Part shown: positions 1-9,810 of the stretch, piece by piece
Layout of the letters: each line of letters begins with the position of its first letter
Position numbering within the stretch: position 1 is the first letter of the stretch
Virus record (IMG/VR): IMGVR_UViG_3300031801_000852
Coordinates: 1 to 54,985 of that record
Direction: 5' to 3' (one strand)
DNA: 54,985 bases
Source: a virus
Taxonomy: Duplodnaviria; Caudoviricetes
The notes under the pieces: model-generated
What the model was told of the DNA's origin: nothing
Database searches by the model: none
What the model saw: the letters and a program-made list of their open reading frames with translations, nothing else
Program-made: the position numbers and the translations under genes

Positions 1-185
1 GATCTATTAGTTTTAGATGTATCCCCTATTATACCATAGTTTTTATCATTGTCAACATATAAACTTCCATTGAGAGCATGATGGTTAATCTTCCCCCAAT
101 GGACTTTTGCGAATGGATTAATCTGGACTTCTCCATCATAATCTATGAATAACTGTGAAATATTTCGTGCTTCTTCTTTGTCCAT
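1..185 (-). CDS. hypothetical protein (partial, runs off the left edge)
   Basis: Manual translation MDKEEARNISQLFIDYDGEVQINPFAKVHWG... stays open to position 1; late-promoter-like CATAAATA at 190-197. Confidence 0.6.
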   Translation of the reverse strand, partial: MDKEEARNISQLFIDYDGEVQINPFAKVHWGKINHHALNGSLYVDNDKNYGIIGDTSKTNR

Positions 186-197
186 GAAATATTTATG

Positions 198-1127
198 CTA
201 TGGTAATTCCAACCATTGTTGAATTAATAGATTATATTTTGTTTCCTCATATGCACGTATCAAATTTGATTTTCCACCAATATTTTCAGCTCCCATATTA
301 TGGGTATACTTTTTCCATTCTATATTTTCAAATATTTTTCTAACAAAAGGTTGATATGCTTTAATAAGAAAGTGGGTAGTAGTATTTTCTTCAATTTCAT
401 TTAGTTCACATACTCCAATTTTTCCCCAATACTTAAGGCCGAAGTCCCAATATTCATTCTTTTTAATTTGTTTTCTTACCGATACTCTTTTCTTTACATT
501 ATCACAAGTGAGAAATAAATCAAAATCTTCATGGACAGTTTTTGGTCTTTCTAGTATTCTAAGGTTAGGTTCATGATTTCCTCTTTTCCAGAGTTGTTGA
601 CAACATTTAACATGATGTGGTTTTCCATTAAGTAAAAAACTATCTTTAGGTAAGTGTTCACTATAAACACATGAAAAATTTACATCCAATTGTCTATGAA
701 GTTTCCAACTAGAAGTCCATTTTAATGGTACGATAAAAGCAATATACTCACTAAACTTTGCTGCATGATTAAAAAACTTTACAGCCAAAGGATTTAAATA
801 TCCTCTACCAAAAGGTGGATTTCCAATCGTTAATATTTTCTTATAGTTTTTGTGAAATAAATTCTCTTCATCGTATGGTTCAAGACCAACAGGAAAATAA
901 TCAAAAAAATCCTGTTTAATAATACCATCACCTTCTGGAACCAAATCTATAGATACAGCATCCTCCGGTAAGCACTTTGATATATTACCACATCCAGCAG
1001 AAGGTTCAAGTATAATATCCATGTCATCAAATGATACATGTGATTTAATATTTTCAACAAACCTTTTAGAAATTTCTGGATGTGTATAAAATTTATCTAA
1101 ATCCCTACTAATATTTTCTTCCTTCAT
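198..1127 (-). CDS. N6-adenine DNA methyltransferase (gamma-type motif order), likely cognate MTase of the adjacent REase
   Basis: DKFYT, motif I ILEPSAGCG, motif IV IGNPPFG; ATGA overlap with the upstream nuclease. Confidence 0.85.
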   Translation of the reverse strand: MKEENISRDLDKFYTHPEISKRFVENIKSHVSFDDMDIILEPSAGCGNISKCLPEDAVSIDLVPEGDGIIKQDFFDYFPVGLEPYDEENLFHKNYKKILTIGNPPFGRGYLNPLAVKFFNHAAKFSEYIAFIVPLKWTSSWKLHRQLDVNFSCVYSEHLPKDSFLLNGKPHHVKCCQQLWKRGNHEPNLRILERPKTVHEDFDLFLTCDNVKKRVSVRKQIKKNEYWDFGLKYWGKIGVCELNEIEENTTTHFLIKAYQPFVRKIFENIEWKKYTHNMGAENIGGKSNLIRAYEETKYNLLIQQWLELP

Positions 1128-1765
1128 TTAGTTGAATTTCCTTTTTGAACACACAAGATGGGGATATGTCCAGTAGTTTCAACGAATATGTCAGTAACCC
1201 ACTCTTCATATCCTCTTCCTCTGTTATATTCGATTGTCCGTGTTCTCCCCCCGAATCCTTCTTCAGTCACATATTTTTTCTCAATACGAATACCATATAT
1301 TTCTACCTTCATACCTTCTGTAATACCATGATAATTAGATTCTGTAATAACATAGTTAGTAGTAGAACAAGAACCTTTCTTCATAGCCTTTCTAGTTCCA
1401 CACGAATATGAAGCAAATCGCTTTTTAAGACTTGAAAGAGACATACCAATTTTGACAATGTGGCCATCATATGCAATACAATATACCCATTCCGCGCCCT
1501 CATCTTCCCAATAAGGAGAATCTTTTAAATAATCAACCAGTTTACCTTCAAACTCTTCTCCATTAATAAACTCTCTATTTGAGTTAGGGAAAGATTCTTT
1601 TTCATTAAAAACACAATGTGCTACCAAATGCATTTTTTCAGTAAGAGCCTCTTCAAACTCTTCAGTAGTTATTTCTTCTTTATGATCAAACGTAAACCCG
1701 TTTGAATCAATGTATTTGGACATTTCAGGATAGATGTGTCCTGTATCTGCTGTTGGATAATTCAT
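1124..1765 (-). CDS. GIY-YIG restriction endonuclease, Hpy188I-like
   Basis: WVY-x8-VKIG, KRFASYSCG and KGSCSTTNY resemble R.Hpy188I as recalled (LVY...FKIG...KRVQSYNCG...GTCSTTNY). Confidence 0.75.
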   Translation of the reverse strand: MNYPTADTGHIYPEMSKYIDSNGFTFDHKEEITTEEFEEALTEKMHLVAHCVFNEKESFPNSNREFINGEEFEGKLVDYLKDSPYWEDEGAEWVYCIAYDGHIVKIGMSLSSLKKRFASYSCGTRKAMKKGSCSTTNYVITESNYHGITEGMKVEIYGIRIEKKYVTEEGFGGRTRTIEYNRGRGYEEWVTDIFVETTGHIPILCVQKGNSTK

Positions 1766-1766
1766 A

Positions 1767-2075
1767 TTAAAACCCCCTTTTCCAAATTTTCCTTACTGAT
1801 TTACCATTTACATAGATAGACATGGTTTCATACACATCAAAGATGGCACCCATGACTTTTTCCAATTCATCAACTGCACGAAGATGACCGGTTTTCACAT
1901 CAATATTTTCCCATAGGGAATTCTCGTTGCGAATTTTAATCATTTTACGCATCAATTTGTTAGCTTCTTCTACAGTTTCAACGGATTTAACGACACGTTT
2001 TCGACCTGCTCTAAACTCAAACACGGTTCGTTTTCGGCTCATCGCTCCGGCCTTGTACGCTGTGTGAATACTCAT
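1767..2075 (-). CDS. hypothetical protein (early-promoter driven)
   Basis: 102 aa ORF with GAGAG SD, downstream of the promoter at 2131-2159. Confidence 0.7.
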   Translation of the reverse strand: MSIHTAYKAGAMSRKRTVFEFRAGRKRVVKSVETVEEANKLMRKMIKIRNENSLWENIDVKTGHLRAVDELEKVMGAIFDVYETMSIYVNGKSVRKIWKRGF

Positions 2076-2130
2076 AATGTTCTCTCATTTAAGTTATGGG
2101 ATTATTCCCCTTCTTTATTGTTACAGGACC

Positions 2131-2178
2131 ATTATAACACTACTGGGTCAGGAAGTCAAGTGTTTATACAAACTTTTT
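2131..2178 (-). promoter_or_regulatory. sigma70-type early promoter, repeat copy 1
   Basis: TTGACT-17 nt-TATAAT with conserved upstream TATAAACAC. Confidence 0.85.
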
Positions 2179-2310
2179 GCATTTATTTTTGTTCTCTCAA
2201 GAGTTTTCCGAAACGAACAAGCAGAACAATGTGGAGGAGCCACACCTTCCATAGTGGTGCTCCTTCCAAATCAATTTCTATTGTCTCTTCACCTATTGTA
2301 ATTTCTTTAA

Positions 2311-2595
2311 TCATTGATATCCATCTTTATCGAACTTCACGTAACTGATGTTTTCACCTCTCAGGAGTCTCTGTTCCTTTCCGAAATACTCCTTGATGGA
2401 CATATCCTTTGGGATGAGTTCACTAAGGGGTATTGAGTTCTTTTCATAGTAAACATCTAAATCAATATGTCTAGTATCAGATTCATATTCTTCATAGGAA
2501 TTATGATAATTTTTTCGTAGATGTTCTTTGAAATTATCAGAGGTTACGGATTCGTTTATCTCTATCTGCACTTTTTCATAATCATTCATAATCAT
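2311..2595 (-). CDS. hypothetical protein
   Basis: 94 aa ORF downstream of the promoter at 2662-2690. Confidence 0.6.
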   Translation of the reverse strand: MIMNDYEKVQIEINESVTSDNFKEHLRKNYHNSYEEYESDTRHIDLDVYYEKNSIPLSELIPKDMSIKEYFGKEQRLLRGENISYVKFDKDGYQ

Positions 2596-2661
2596 TTCTC
2601 GTTTGGGAAAAGTCTAATAGAAAATTGGGTACATCCCCATCTCTTTTTAAACTACACTTAT

Positions 2662-2699
2662 ATTTTAAGCTATTCCGGGCTGAAAGTCAAGTGTTTATA
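2662..2699 (-). promoter_or_regulatory. sigma70-type early promoter
   Basis: TATAAACAC-TTGACT-17 nt-TAAAAT. Confidence 0.75.
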
Positions 2700-2898
2700 G
2701 AATTATTATTTTAAAATAATATCAGTATGTTATAGGTCAAAAACAGGAAATTTACAAAAATAAAAAATATTTACAAGTACGTTTTTAATTATGTAACAAT
2801 AACAATAAGATACCAAGTTAACATAATATTAAAAATGTAACTTAAAAAGTAAAAAGGTAGAGGTCTAAGGGCCAGAACCCCTATCTGGGACCCCCACC

Positions 2899-4335
2899 TT
2901 ATTGTGCTAAAAAACTCTCTAAAGGATTTCTTTGTTCATAATGTGACAAATACGATTCTTTAATTCGTTCTTTGTGATTCTTGAGGTAGATGGTATGACA
3001 ACCATCTTGGAAGGTTTTTTTGGGTCTAAACAAAAGTTCATTTGAAATCTTTCCGGCAAATGCTTTTCTCAACATCGGTTTCCACATCGGGCCGTCTTCT
3101 TTATATTTTGGTGGAATCCTCAAACAAAACTCGACCAAATCTTTGTGAAGAAATGGTGTCCTTAACTCAACAGTTCCACCATACATCATTGCTTTATTGG
3201 TACGTATTAAATTGTTTTTGTGGAGATTTACTACCAGCTTATAACGTTCTTTGATGTAGTCTTTGTCCTTATAGTTCCATGCAAATACATGACCATAAGA
3301 TGCAAACAATTCATCGCTCCCCTCTCCACCAAAAACAACTTTGAATCCTTCATCACGAATTCGTTTGGAAAGTGCTAATTGGGCAACCGCCGGAGAAACT
3401 TGTGTCCACGTATAATCTTCGACTGCATAGACCGCCTCACTCATATTGTCATTGACCCATTCCTCATCAATAATTACTTCATGAAGTGGAACACCTATTT
3501 CTTTACTTGCCATTCGGGCATAATACAAATCATCTTTCTTACCAGTATCACCGACACTCACTACAAAAGCCTGTAGGTCTGGAATTTGTTGTTTAAGTAG
3601 ATAAGTAACGATAGTTGAATCTACACCGCCAGACAAAATTGTACACACCGGCACATCTGAAATTAATTCATTGTGTACACCCTCAGTCAACAAATCTCTA
3701 ATACCATCGATTACTTCTTCTTCTTTCATGTCTTCAATATCTGTCATAGCAGGAAACTCGTAAAATTTTGTTTTCACTAGTTCCCCTGTCACATAATCAA
3801 ATTCATAGTAACAGCCAGGATCTACTAATACAACATCGGAGGCATTGATATTCAAGGATTTTGTAATTGTTTTTAATTCACTTGCAACTACAATTTGTTT
3901 TCCCTTCTTAAAAAAATATAAAGGAATTCTCCCTATGAAATCTCTAGCAAAAGTTAGTTTCTTTTTTTCTTCATCCAAGACTGCAAATCCAAACATACCA
4001 TCAAGATTTTTGATACAATCTTCTTGGTCTAAATGAAACATGTTCAATAACAATTCTGTATCACTTCCTGTATGTAAATCAAATTTAGATTTATGACTAT
4101 CCATACTTCGCCACAGTTCACCATTATAGACTAAAATATATGGCCATTTGAACATAGGTTGCTGTGATTCTTCAGTCAAACCCTGAATAGAAAGTCTGTT
4201 GTGTCCTAACCAAGTATCAGTTTCAATACTGTAGTTAATTCCTTTACTATCTGTACCACGATGATCTATAAGCTTTAAGGCATCGGTAAATTGTTTTTCA
4301 GATGTAAAAATATTCCCTATTACAAATCCACACAT
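2899..4335 (-). CDS. asnB: asparagine synthetase B-like glutamine amidotransferase
   Basis: N-terminal MCG (Ntn Cys), HNRLSI, YNGEL, PP-loop LSGGVDS, GEGSDELF, ELRTPFL. Confidence 0.9.
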   Translation of the reverse strand: MCGFVIGNIFTSEKQFTDALKLIDHRGTDSKGINYSIETDTWLGHNRLSIQGLTEESQQPMFKWPYILVYNGELWRSMDSHKSKFDLHTGSDTELLLNMFHLDQEDCIKNLDGMFGFAVLDEEKKKLTFARDFIGRIPLYFFKKGKQIVVASELKTITKSLNINASDVVLVDPGCYYEFDYVTGELVKTKFYEFPAMTDIEDMKEEEVIDGIRDLLTEGVHNELISDVPVCTILSGGVDSTIVTYLLKQQIPDLQAFVVSVGDTGKKDDLYYARMASKEIGVPLHEVIIDEEWVNDNMSEAVYAVEDYTWTQVSPAVAQLALSKRIRDEGFKVVFGGEGSDELFASYGHVFAWNYKDKDYIKERYKLVVNLHKNNLIRTNKAMMYGGTVELRTPFLHKDLVEFCLRIPPKYKEDGPMWKPMLRKAFAGKISNELLFRPKKTFQDGCHTIYLKNHKERIKESYLSHYEQRNPLESFLAQ

Positions 4336-5279
4336 TATTTTTTCCTAAAAAGAAACACGGGCTCATATTTAAAACTATCGGATTTTATATTCTTGCCAGG
4401 CATTTTTGATAAGGTAAGTTGAAACGTTTCCATATATTCAAATTCTTCAGATAGAACTATATTTGCACATTCACCTTCTAAATTATCAAATGAACTAACA
4501 TTAGCTATATTGATTGCCAAATAGCGTCTTGGTTTTAAGCCATATGCGCAGTTTTGTACTGTCTTACGTAAAAATCCCTCTAACCAATCTGCTTTATTAG
4601 GAAACTTTTTATAACTCTGGGTATCCTCATCAGAATATTTTTCTGTATCAAAGTATGGTGGTGAAGTGAAACATAAATCTAAAGATTCTTTTTCGGGGAC
4701 ATAATCTTCACTTCCACTTTGAACTATTTCTAAACGTTGAGTAGTTCCAAAAAGATTTGATTGATTGCCCCAATCCTTTGCAATTTGATTCAATCCATTA
4801 AATGTTTCTTTTGATGGTTCAGTAGCAATATAATTTATATGTGTTTTTATTGCACCTAACAATCTTCCACCATAACCTCCGGACATATCCCATGTAGTAC
4901 CACCATCAGGTAAAAACTTTTCATATATTGCTTGTGCGGCAGTTGGTCTAAAATTACTAACTCCTTGAGAGCCAGACATAACTTTCAAAACTTTTCTTAA
5001 ACCAGAGGGCGAGTCTACATGGCCAAGTTGTTTCATTTTCGTTTCGATTCTCCCCTTATCATTGAAAAAAGTTTGTAGAGGAGTATTCATGTTACCACAT
5101 TTAACATCAAAAGCATGAGGCATATAAGACCACAACAAAGCAAGACCGTGCATTGTTTGTTTTATTGTTTTACCATCCCACAAATTTCCTTGATACTGAA
5201 TAAATTTTTTGAATTCTTCTCTTCTCCAAACATTATCAGTAGGATAATATGGGAACTCTTCAGTCTCCAAACAACGCAT
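4335..5279 (-). CDS. SAM-dependent amino-DNA methyltransferase-like protein (SPPY family)
   Basis: NFRPTAA, DMSGGYGGRLLG, FTSPPYF. Confidence 0.8.
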   Translation of the reverse strand: MRCLETEEFPYYPTDNVWRREEFKKFIQYQGNLWDGKTIKQTMHGLALLWSYMPHAFDVKCGNMNTPLQTFFNDKGRIETKMKQLGHVDSPSGLRKVLKVMSGSQGVSNFRPTAAQAIYEKFLPDGGTTWDMSGGYGGRLLGAIKTHINYIATEPSKETFNGLNQIAKDWGNQSNLFGTTQRLEIVQSGSEDYVPEKESLDLCFTSPPYFDTEKYSDEDTQSYKKFPNKADWLEGFLRKTVQNCAYGLKPRRYLAINIANVSSFDNLEGECANIVLSEEFEYMETFQLTLSKMPGKNIKSDSFKYEPVFLFRKK

Positions 5280-6135
5280 TTGATTTTCTTTCCAAAACTA
5301 CTCTACTATTTCTAACAGGTGGCTCATACTTAGGATCATTCCTCAACAACCAATGAATTTCACCAAACACCATACTAAAGTATCGTTCATCATATTGTGT
5401 AATACCATATGCTTCCCACGCCTTATGTCCATGATACGTTACTTTTTTCGTTGCTACTAGCTCATCTCTTCCTTTAGGATCTAACATATCCATTTGAGCA
5501 TTTGTTATTCTACCATCATTCACAGCTTCAAGTAACGCCTCATTATCTATACAAGCAGGTCTTGATATAGAAATAATATTTCCACTAAATTTTTCTAACA
5601 ATGCTTTATCCAAAATTGGTGTATCTGTAGGTGATGAAGCAACAATTATTGTATCAAAACTCTCCATATATGGATAAATTGTATTGTAATCGGTTATGGA
5701 ATTCACTTCTGTTACATTATAATCAAAGGTATTAATAGCTTTACCAATTTTACCTGCTCCTAATAATAAAACGTTTGTACCTTTTTTCCATCGATCAATC
5801 CATTTTGCTACATTGAATGTATCTGGGTCTAGACAAACAACCCCTACTCTACGTTTCTCTGCTAATTCTAAATTGATATTATCCGATCCATGTGCTCTAC
5901 ATTGAATCCATTTTAGATTTGGATATGCATCAAATGTTTTTTGTCCTATCTTGGAAAACTTTACACTCAGTACTTCTGTTTCAAGATCACGTTCAATTTC
6001 ATCTTGAGAACCCATGATTTTATAATCTTCCCATTCAAGTTTATTATCTCTTATTTCATCCCACTCTTTAAAGTATGGTTCATAATGAAATAAATCATTC
6101 ATGTCTTTCTTGTCTTTTAATACAACCTTGCTCAC
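5260..6135 (-). CDS. D-isomer-specific 2-hydroxyacid dehydrogenase-like protein
   Basis: LKWIQCRAHGSDNI, Rossmann GAGKIG, ISRPACIDNEALLEA, His near the C-terminus. Confidence 0.75.
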   Translation of the reverse strand: MSKVVLKDKKDMNDLFHYEPYFKEWDEIRDNKLEWEDYKIMGSQDEIERDLETEVLSVKFSKIGQKTFDAYPNLKWIQCRAHGSDNINLELAEKRRVGVVCLDPDTFNVAKWIDRWKKGTNVLLLGAGKIGKAINTFDYNVTEVNSITDYNTIYPYMESFDTIIVASSPTDTPILDKALLEKFSGNIISISRPACIDNEALLEAVNDGRITNAQMDMLDPKGRDELVATKKVTYHGHKAWEAYGITQYDERYFSMVFGEIHWLLRNDPKYEPPVRNSRVVLERKSNALFGD

Positions 6136-6938
6136 CAGTTACCTCCTAGATTCCAAAATAAAATTTCACCTTCAAATTTTTGTATATTTTTTTCTAACCA
6201 ATACCACGCCTTCTTATCCCAAAATTCATTACAAGGAAATGGTGTTTCATACGATTCCATCATATCATCGAACTCAAATTCACTCTTGACTATTTCAATT
6301 TGTTCTGATGGTTGTATTTGATGCTTGAGAAATTTCTTTTTAATTGTGTCTTCACCAGATACATTTACTGTATGAAATGTTCTTGTGTTTCTTGGATCAA
6401 GCAAGGACGCCCATGGCTCATGTTCTAACATCAAACCTAAACAAGTAACACCAGAACCAGAAGAAACGACTAAATGATCAAAGTCTAATTCCTTCTTAAC
6501 TTCTCTTAATCTTTGTCTTTGCGTTGCTATATAGGCATCGTGATCAAACGCATACGGAAGTCTAATGTAATTCTTTTCCCTTGCTATCTGACCAACTTTG
6601 TTGTACATTACATTCATCATATTAGGTTTAATAGGAAGAACGTTTTCAGATTTTTCTAGGATATGTTGTGGGAATTTTTTGGAATCAGGATAGGCCATAA
6701 TAAATTCATAATCTAATTCTTTTGACACTTCAGCGAGTGCCCATCCAGACCACGAACCATAAACAGAAAGATGTATTAAAGGCTTTGATGGTTTTATAGT
6801 AGTCAGTACATTCTTGAGAGCAGTCAATTTACCCCACGGCGGATGTACTGTACCATCGCCCATTAAGTCATCACGTTTTACATGAACTTGTTTACCTTCT
6901 ACAGTATAAGTTTCAATTGGTGTAATTTCATTAATCAA
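6132..6938 (-). CDS. PLP-dependent fold-type II enzyme (ACC deaminase/D-cysteine desulfhydrase-like)
   Basis: VKRDDL...WGK (Schiff-base Lys position), SSGSGVT phosphate loop, C-terminal FWNLGG. Confidence 0.75.
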   Translation of the reverse strand: MINEITPIETYTVEGKQVHVKRDDLMGDGTVHPPWGKLTALKNVLTTIKPSKPLIHLSVYGSWSGWALAEVSKELDYEFIMAYPDSKKFPQHILEKSENVLPIKPNMMNVMYNKVGQIAREKNYIRLPYAFDHDAYIATQRQRLREVKKELDFDHLVVSSGSGVTCLGLMLEHEPWASLLDPRNTRTFHTVNVSGEDTIKKKFLKHQIQPSEQIEIVKSEFEFDDMMESYETPFPCNEFWDKKAWYWLEKNIQKFEGEILFWNLGGNW

Positions 6939-7434
6939 AGAACCCCGCTAATGACGCGTTACTAGTAGTAGTAGCTTGTTGTAACTGTCGTGTTCCGTTT
7001 TTCATGAAAAATCCATCTCTTGTACGTAGTCTTTCTTGCATTTCTTCGTATACTTCAGGATTATTTCTGAGTCGGAAAATTTCCAAACCTCTTTCTGATT
7101 GACCAGATTCAATAGTTTCTATAGTATGGCAATTCATACACAAAATCTTACACTTTCTAATCTCTTGAAATAATTCTCTTATGTATTGTCTATTTTTTTC
7201 TTTTTTAACATGAGCAATTCTTTTAACCAATCCATTCATTCCTGATCCACCCTTTCCCTGACCTACGCAATAATGATTCTTTTCTAAAGGATTTATATGA
7301 TCAAAAACTAATGCATAACCATTCTCATTATATCCACATATTTCACAACCTTTCGCACACTTGTATTTGTGAAGCCAATGAATTCTTCTGTCTTTTGTTC
7401 TTTTTCTTCTTGCGTTATTCTGAGGAGTACTCAT
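6931..7434 (-). CDS. HNH endonuclease-like protein
   Basis: CEICG...FDHINP...KCKILCMNCH. Confidence 0.75.
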   Translation of the reverse strand: MSTPQNNARRKRTKDRRIHWLHKYKCAKGCEICGYNENGYALVFDHINPLEKNHYCVGQGKGGSGMNGLVKRIAHVKKEKNRQYIRELFQEIRKCKILCMNCHTIETIESGQSERGLEIFRLRNNPEVYEEMQERLRTRDGFFMKNGTRQLQQATTTSNASLAGFFD

Positions 7435-8885
7435 TCGAAAAACCCATCTAATGTAGTTTTTTCTTTAGATGTTTCTGAGAACTTTTTCTTTTTGATTGGT
7501 TCTTGAACCACGGCCGGTCCCATACCCCCCAAAGTAGAATCTTTAAAAGGAGCAAATAAATCAACATCTTCTCCGCCAGGTTTTTGAAAACACCAAACAG
7601 ATTCGACAAACCACTTTGCTTGCCATTCATCGTATTTTGCTTTTCTTTCTTCATGTGTATCTCCCTCAAAAGATTTTATGCTTTTCGGGCGAGCCATAAT
7701 TCTCATTCCAATTTGCCCTTTGAAATATTCTTTAAGATCATTTACTAAATCATCACAAGACTTATGGCGTTTACCTTTGACTTTCGGGTCCATAATATTA
7801 ACCATTAACCATCCGCCTGGACTTAATTTATCAAATGCTTTTTTCATTACAGGAAGATAGAATCCATCTCTCCACTCTTCATAAGAATTATATCTACTCC
7901 ATGATTGATCACCTTCAAACTTACTACCCTCTGCATATCGTTCAGTAGCAAAGTATGGTGGAGAACTAAACATGATATCAATGTCATTAGGAATTTCATC
8001 CCACGGCAAGTCTTCAGCAGGCGATCTATAAATTTTTACTTTCTTTTTTCCTTCAACTGAAAACCAATTCTCACCAAATTCTGATTTAGGTTTTTCTTCT
8101 CCTAACCAATTTTCATACTGAACTGCCATCTTGTGATAATTTTCATGGAGATCACCATTCGGGTCCATTCCATAATATTCATCGGCATTAGAAGCAAAAA
8201 ATCCTGTCATACGATCACCCCAACCTGAACTTGTATCGAGTACTTTTTTAGATTTAGTAAAATCATAAAAAGCTTTAGCTACTGATGGTTTGAATTGTGT
8301 CGCAAAATATGCTCCAACTCGAACACCTTCAATGTACAAATTATTCTTGAGAGGCATTCCACAATCTGGATGAAGTCTCCATATCGGTGAAAGTATTTGT
8401 TTTAAATCTGTTTGATCATTCCACATTGTAATTGGACTTGGTGAACGATCATAACTACATTTCATTCGTTCACGATTCATGAACGCATCAGAAATGGTAT
8501 TAAAAATTGCACTAAAATTTAAAATTCCTATTCCCCATTCTGGAAAATTGCCAACATAGTCATCATATTTTTCATGGACTGTTTTACACTTTTCTTTTGG
8601 GAAAATATTATCTTTTAGATTGAGATTGCACAATTTATAAAAGCTTTGTCTAACTTCGTGCATATCAAATTCCCTGAATGGAAATTTGGGGTGGTGTTTT
8701 TCAAAGAAATGAATCAAAGTATCGATCATGACTTTCGCCCGTTTGGACATGGGCAAAGAAGTATCTGTATCGACATACTTCGTATTTAAGTTTTGCCAAG
8801 TAAATAAATCGAATACTGGCAACCCATATTCATTTACATTATCTTCATAAATTTTTAATAATTCTTCGTTCATTTGAATTCGCAA
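7431..8885 (-). CDS. SAM-dependent amino-DNA methyltransferase-like protein (SPPY family); true start probably 8873
   Basis: QFKPSVAK, LDTSSGWGDRMTG, FSSPPYF; ATG at 8873 overlaps the gp44 stop. Confidence 0.8.
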   Translation of the reverse strand: MRIQMNEELLKIYEDNVNEYGLPVFDLFTWQNLNTKYVDTDTSLPMSKRAKVMIDTLIHFFEKHHPKFPFREFDMHEVRQSFYKLCNLNLKDNIFPKEKCKTVHEKYDDYVGNFPEWGIGILNFSAIFNTISDAFMNRERMKCSYDRSPSPITMWNDQTDLKQILSPIWRLHPDCGMPLKNNLYIEGVRVGAYFATQFKPSVAKAFYDFTKSKKVLDTSSGWGDRMTGFFASNADEYYGMDPNGDLHENYHKMAVQYENWLGEEKPKSEFGENWFSVEGKKKVKIYRSPAEDLPWDEIPNDIDIMFSSPPYFATERYAEGSKFEGDQSWSRYNSYEEWRDGFYLPVMKKAFDKLSPGGWLMVNIMDPKVKGKRHKSCDDLVNDLKEYFKGQIGMRIMARPKSIKSFEGDTHEERKAKYDEWQAKWFVESVWCFQKPGGEDVDLFAPFKDSTLGGMGPAVVQEPIKKKKFSETSKEKTTLDGFFE

Positions 8886-9808
8886 TCTACCATCATCTCT
8901 GTGAGACAGGCGACTAGGTTAATTTCTTGGTCTGCGACAAACGCAGACTTGTATTGATATTCCGCAATAATAAGAACAGCTTGGGGGATTGAAGTATCCT
9001 TGAGATGTTCATGTATTCCATCATAAATCTTTCGAAAAATCCTTACCGGATCATTATCGACATTTTGAGTAACCCATTTACGTACTTCAGAAAAATGTTT
9101 TTCTTTTAATGCCCTCATCAATTCAAGAAGATTGATTTCACCAATCTGTGCCAAGATACCGGCATCGATAATTCCACCTGCTGCATATCTTTGAAGTTCG
9201 TTTATTACTCTCCTCATATCTGGAAAGTGTTTCAAAACTAATTCAACAAGAACCTTTTCATCAAACTTGATTCCCTTCTCTGTCAAAATTTCTTTGACTC
9301 TTACTAAACATTCTTGACCAAGTTTCGGTTTCTCTGCTCTTGGAATTACAAATTCTATTACAGAGCAACGTGAATGGATAGGATCAATGATCCGATTACG
9401 AAAATTACAAGTAAAGATAAAACTAACATTACTGCTAAATTTTTCAATGAACCCCCTTAGTGCTGGTTGAACCGATTCAGCATTCATGTAATCTGCCTCA
9501 TCGACTATGACAACTTTTCTTCCACCAGTCATTGAGACTGAACTACAATATTGCTGTAGAAGTGTTCTAACTGTATCTATATTTCTTCCCTCATTTGAAC
9601 CATTTATCATTAAATAATCCAAACCTATTTCATCACACATAGCACGAGCTATTGTGGTCTTACCTACACCGGCTCCACCAGACAAAAGTAAATTAGGAAT
9701 TTTACCATCATTAACAAAACCTTGAAAGACTTCTTTGGTTGGTTCTAATAGAACGCAGTCCGCCACTCTTTTAGGGCGAAACTCTTCTACCCATAAAAAG
9801 TTTTCCAT
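8870..9808 (-). CDS. gp44: clamp loader large subunit
   Basis: LWVEEFRP, Walker A GGAGVGKT, DEAD, SRC motif; adjacent to gp45. Confidence 0.95.
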   Translation of the reverse strand: MENFLWVEEFRPKRVADCVLLEPTKEVFQGFVNDGKIPNLLLSGGAGVGKTTIARAMCDEIGLDYLMINGSNEGRNIDTVRTLLQQYCSSVSMTGGRKVVIVDEADYMNAESVQPALRGFIEKFSSNVSFIFTCNFRNRIIDPIHSRCSVIEFVIPRAEKPKLGQECLVRVKEILTEKGIKFDEKVLVELVLKHFPDMRRVINELQRYAAGGIIDAGILAQIGEINLLELMRALKEKHFSEVRKWVTQNVDNDPVRIFRKIYDGIHEHLKDTSIPQAVLIIAEYQYKSAFVADQEINLVACLTEMMVDCEFK

Positions 9809-9810
9809 GA

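Noticed and set aside
28-55. TTGACA-16-TATAAT inside the partial ORF at the left edge
   Set aside because: A plausible internal promoter, but it lies in coding sequence and its target is outside the window, so it cannot be evaluated.
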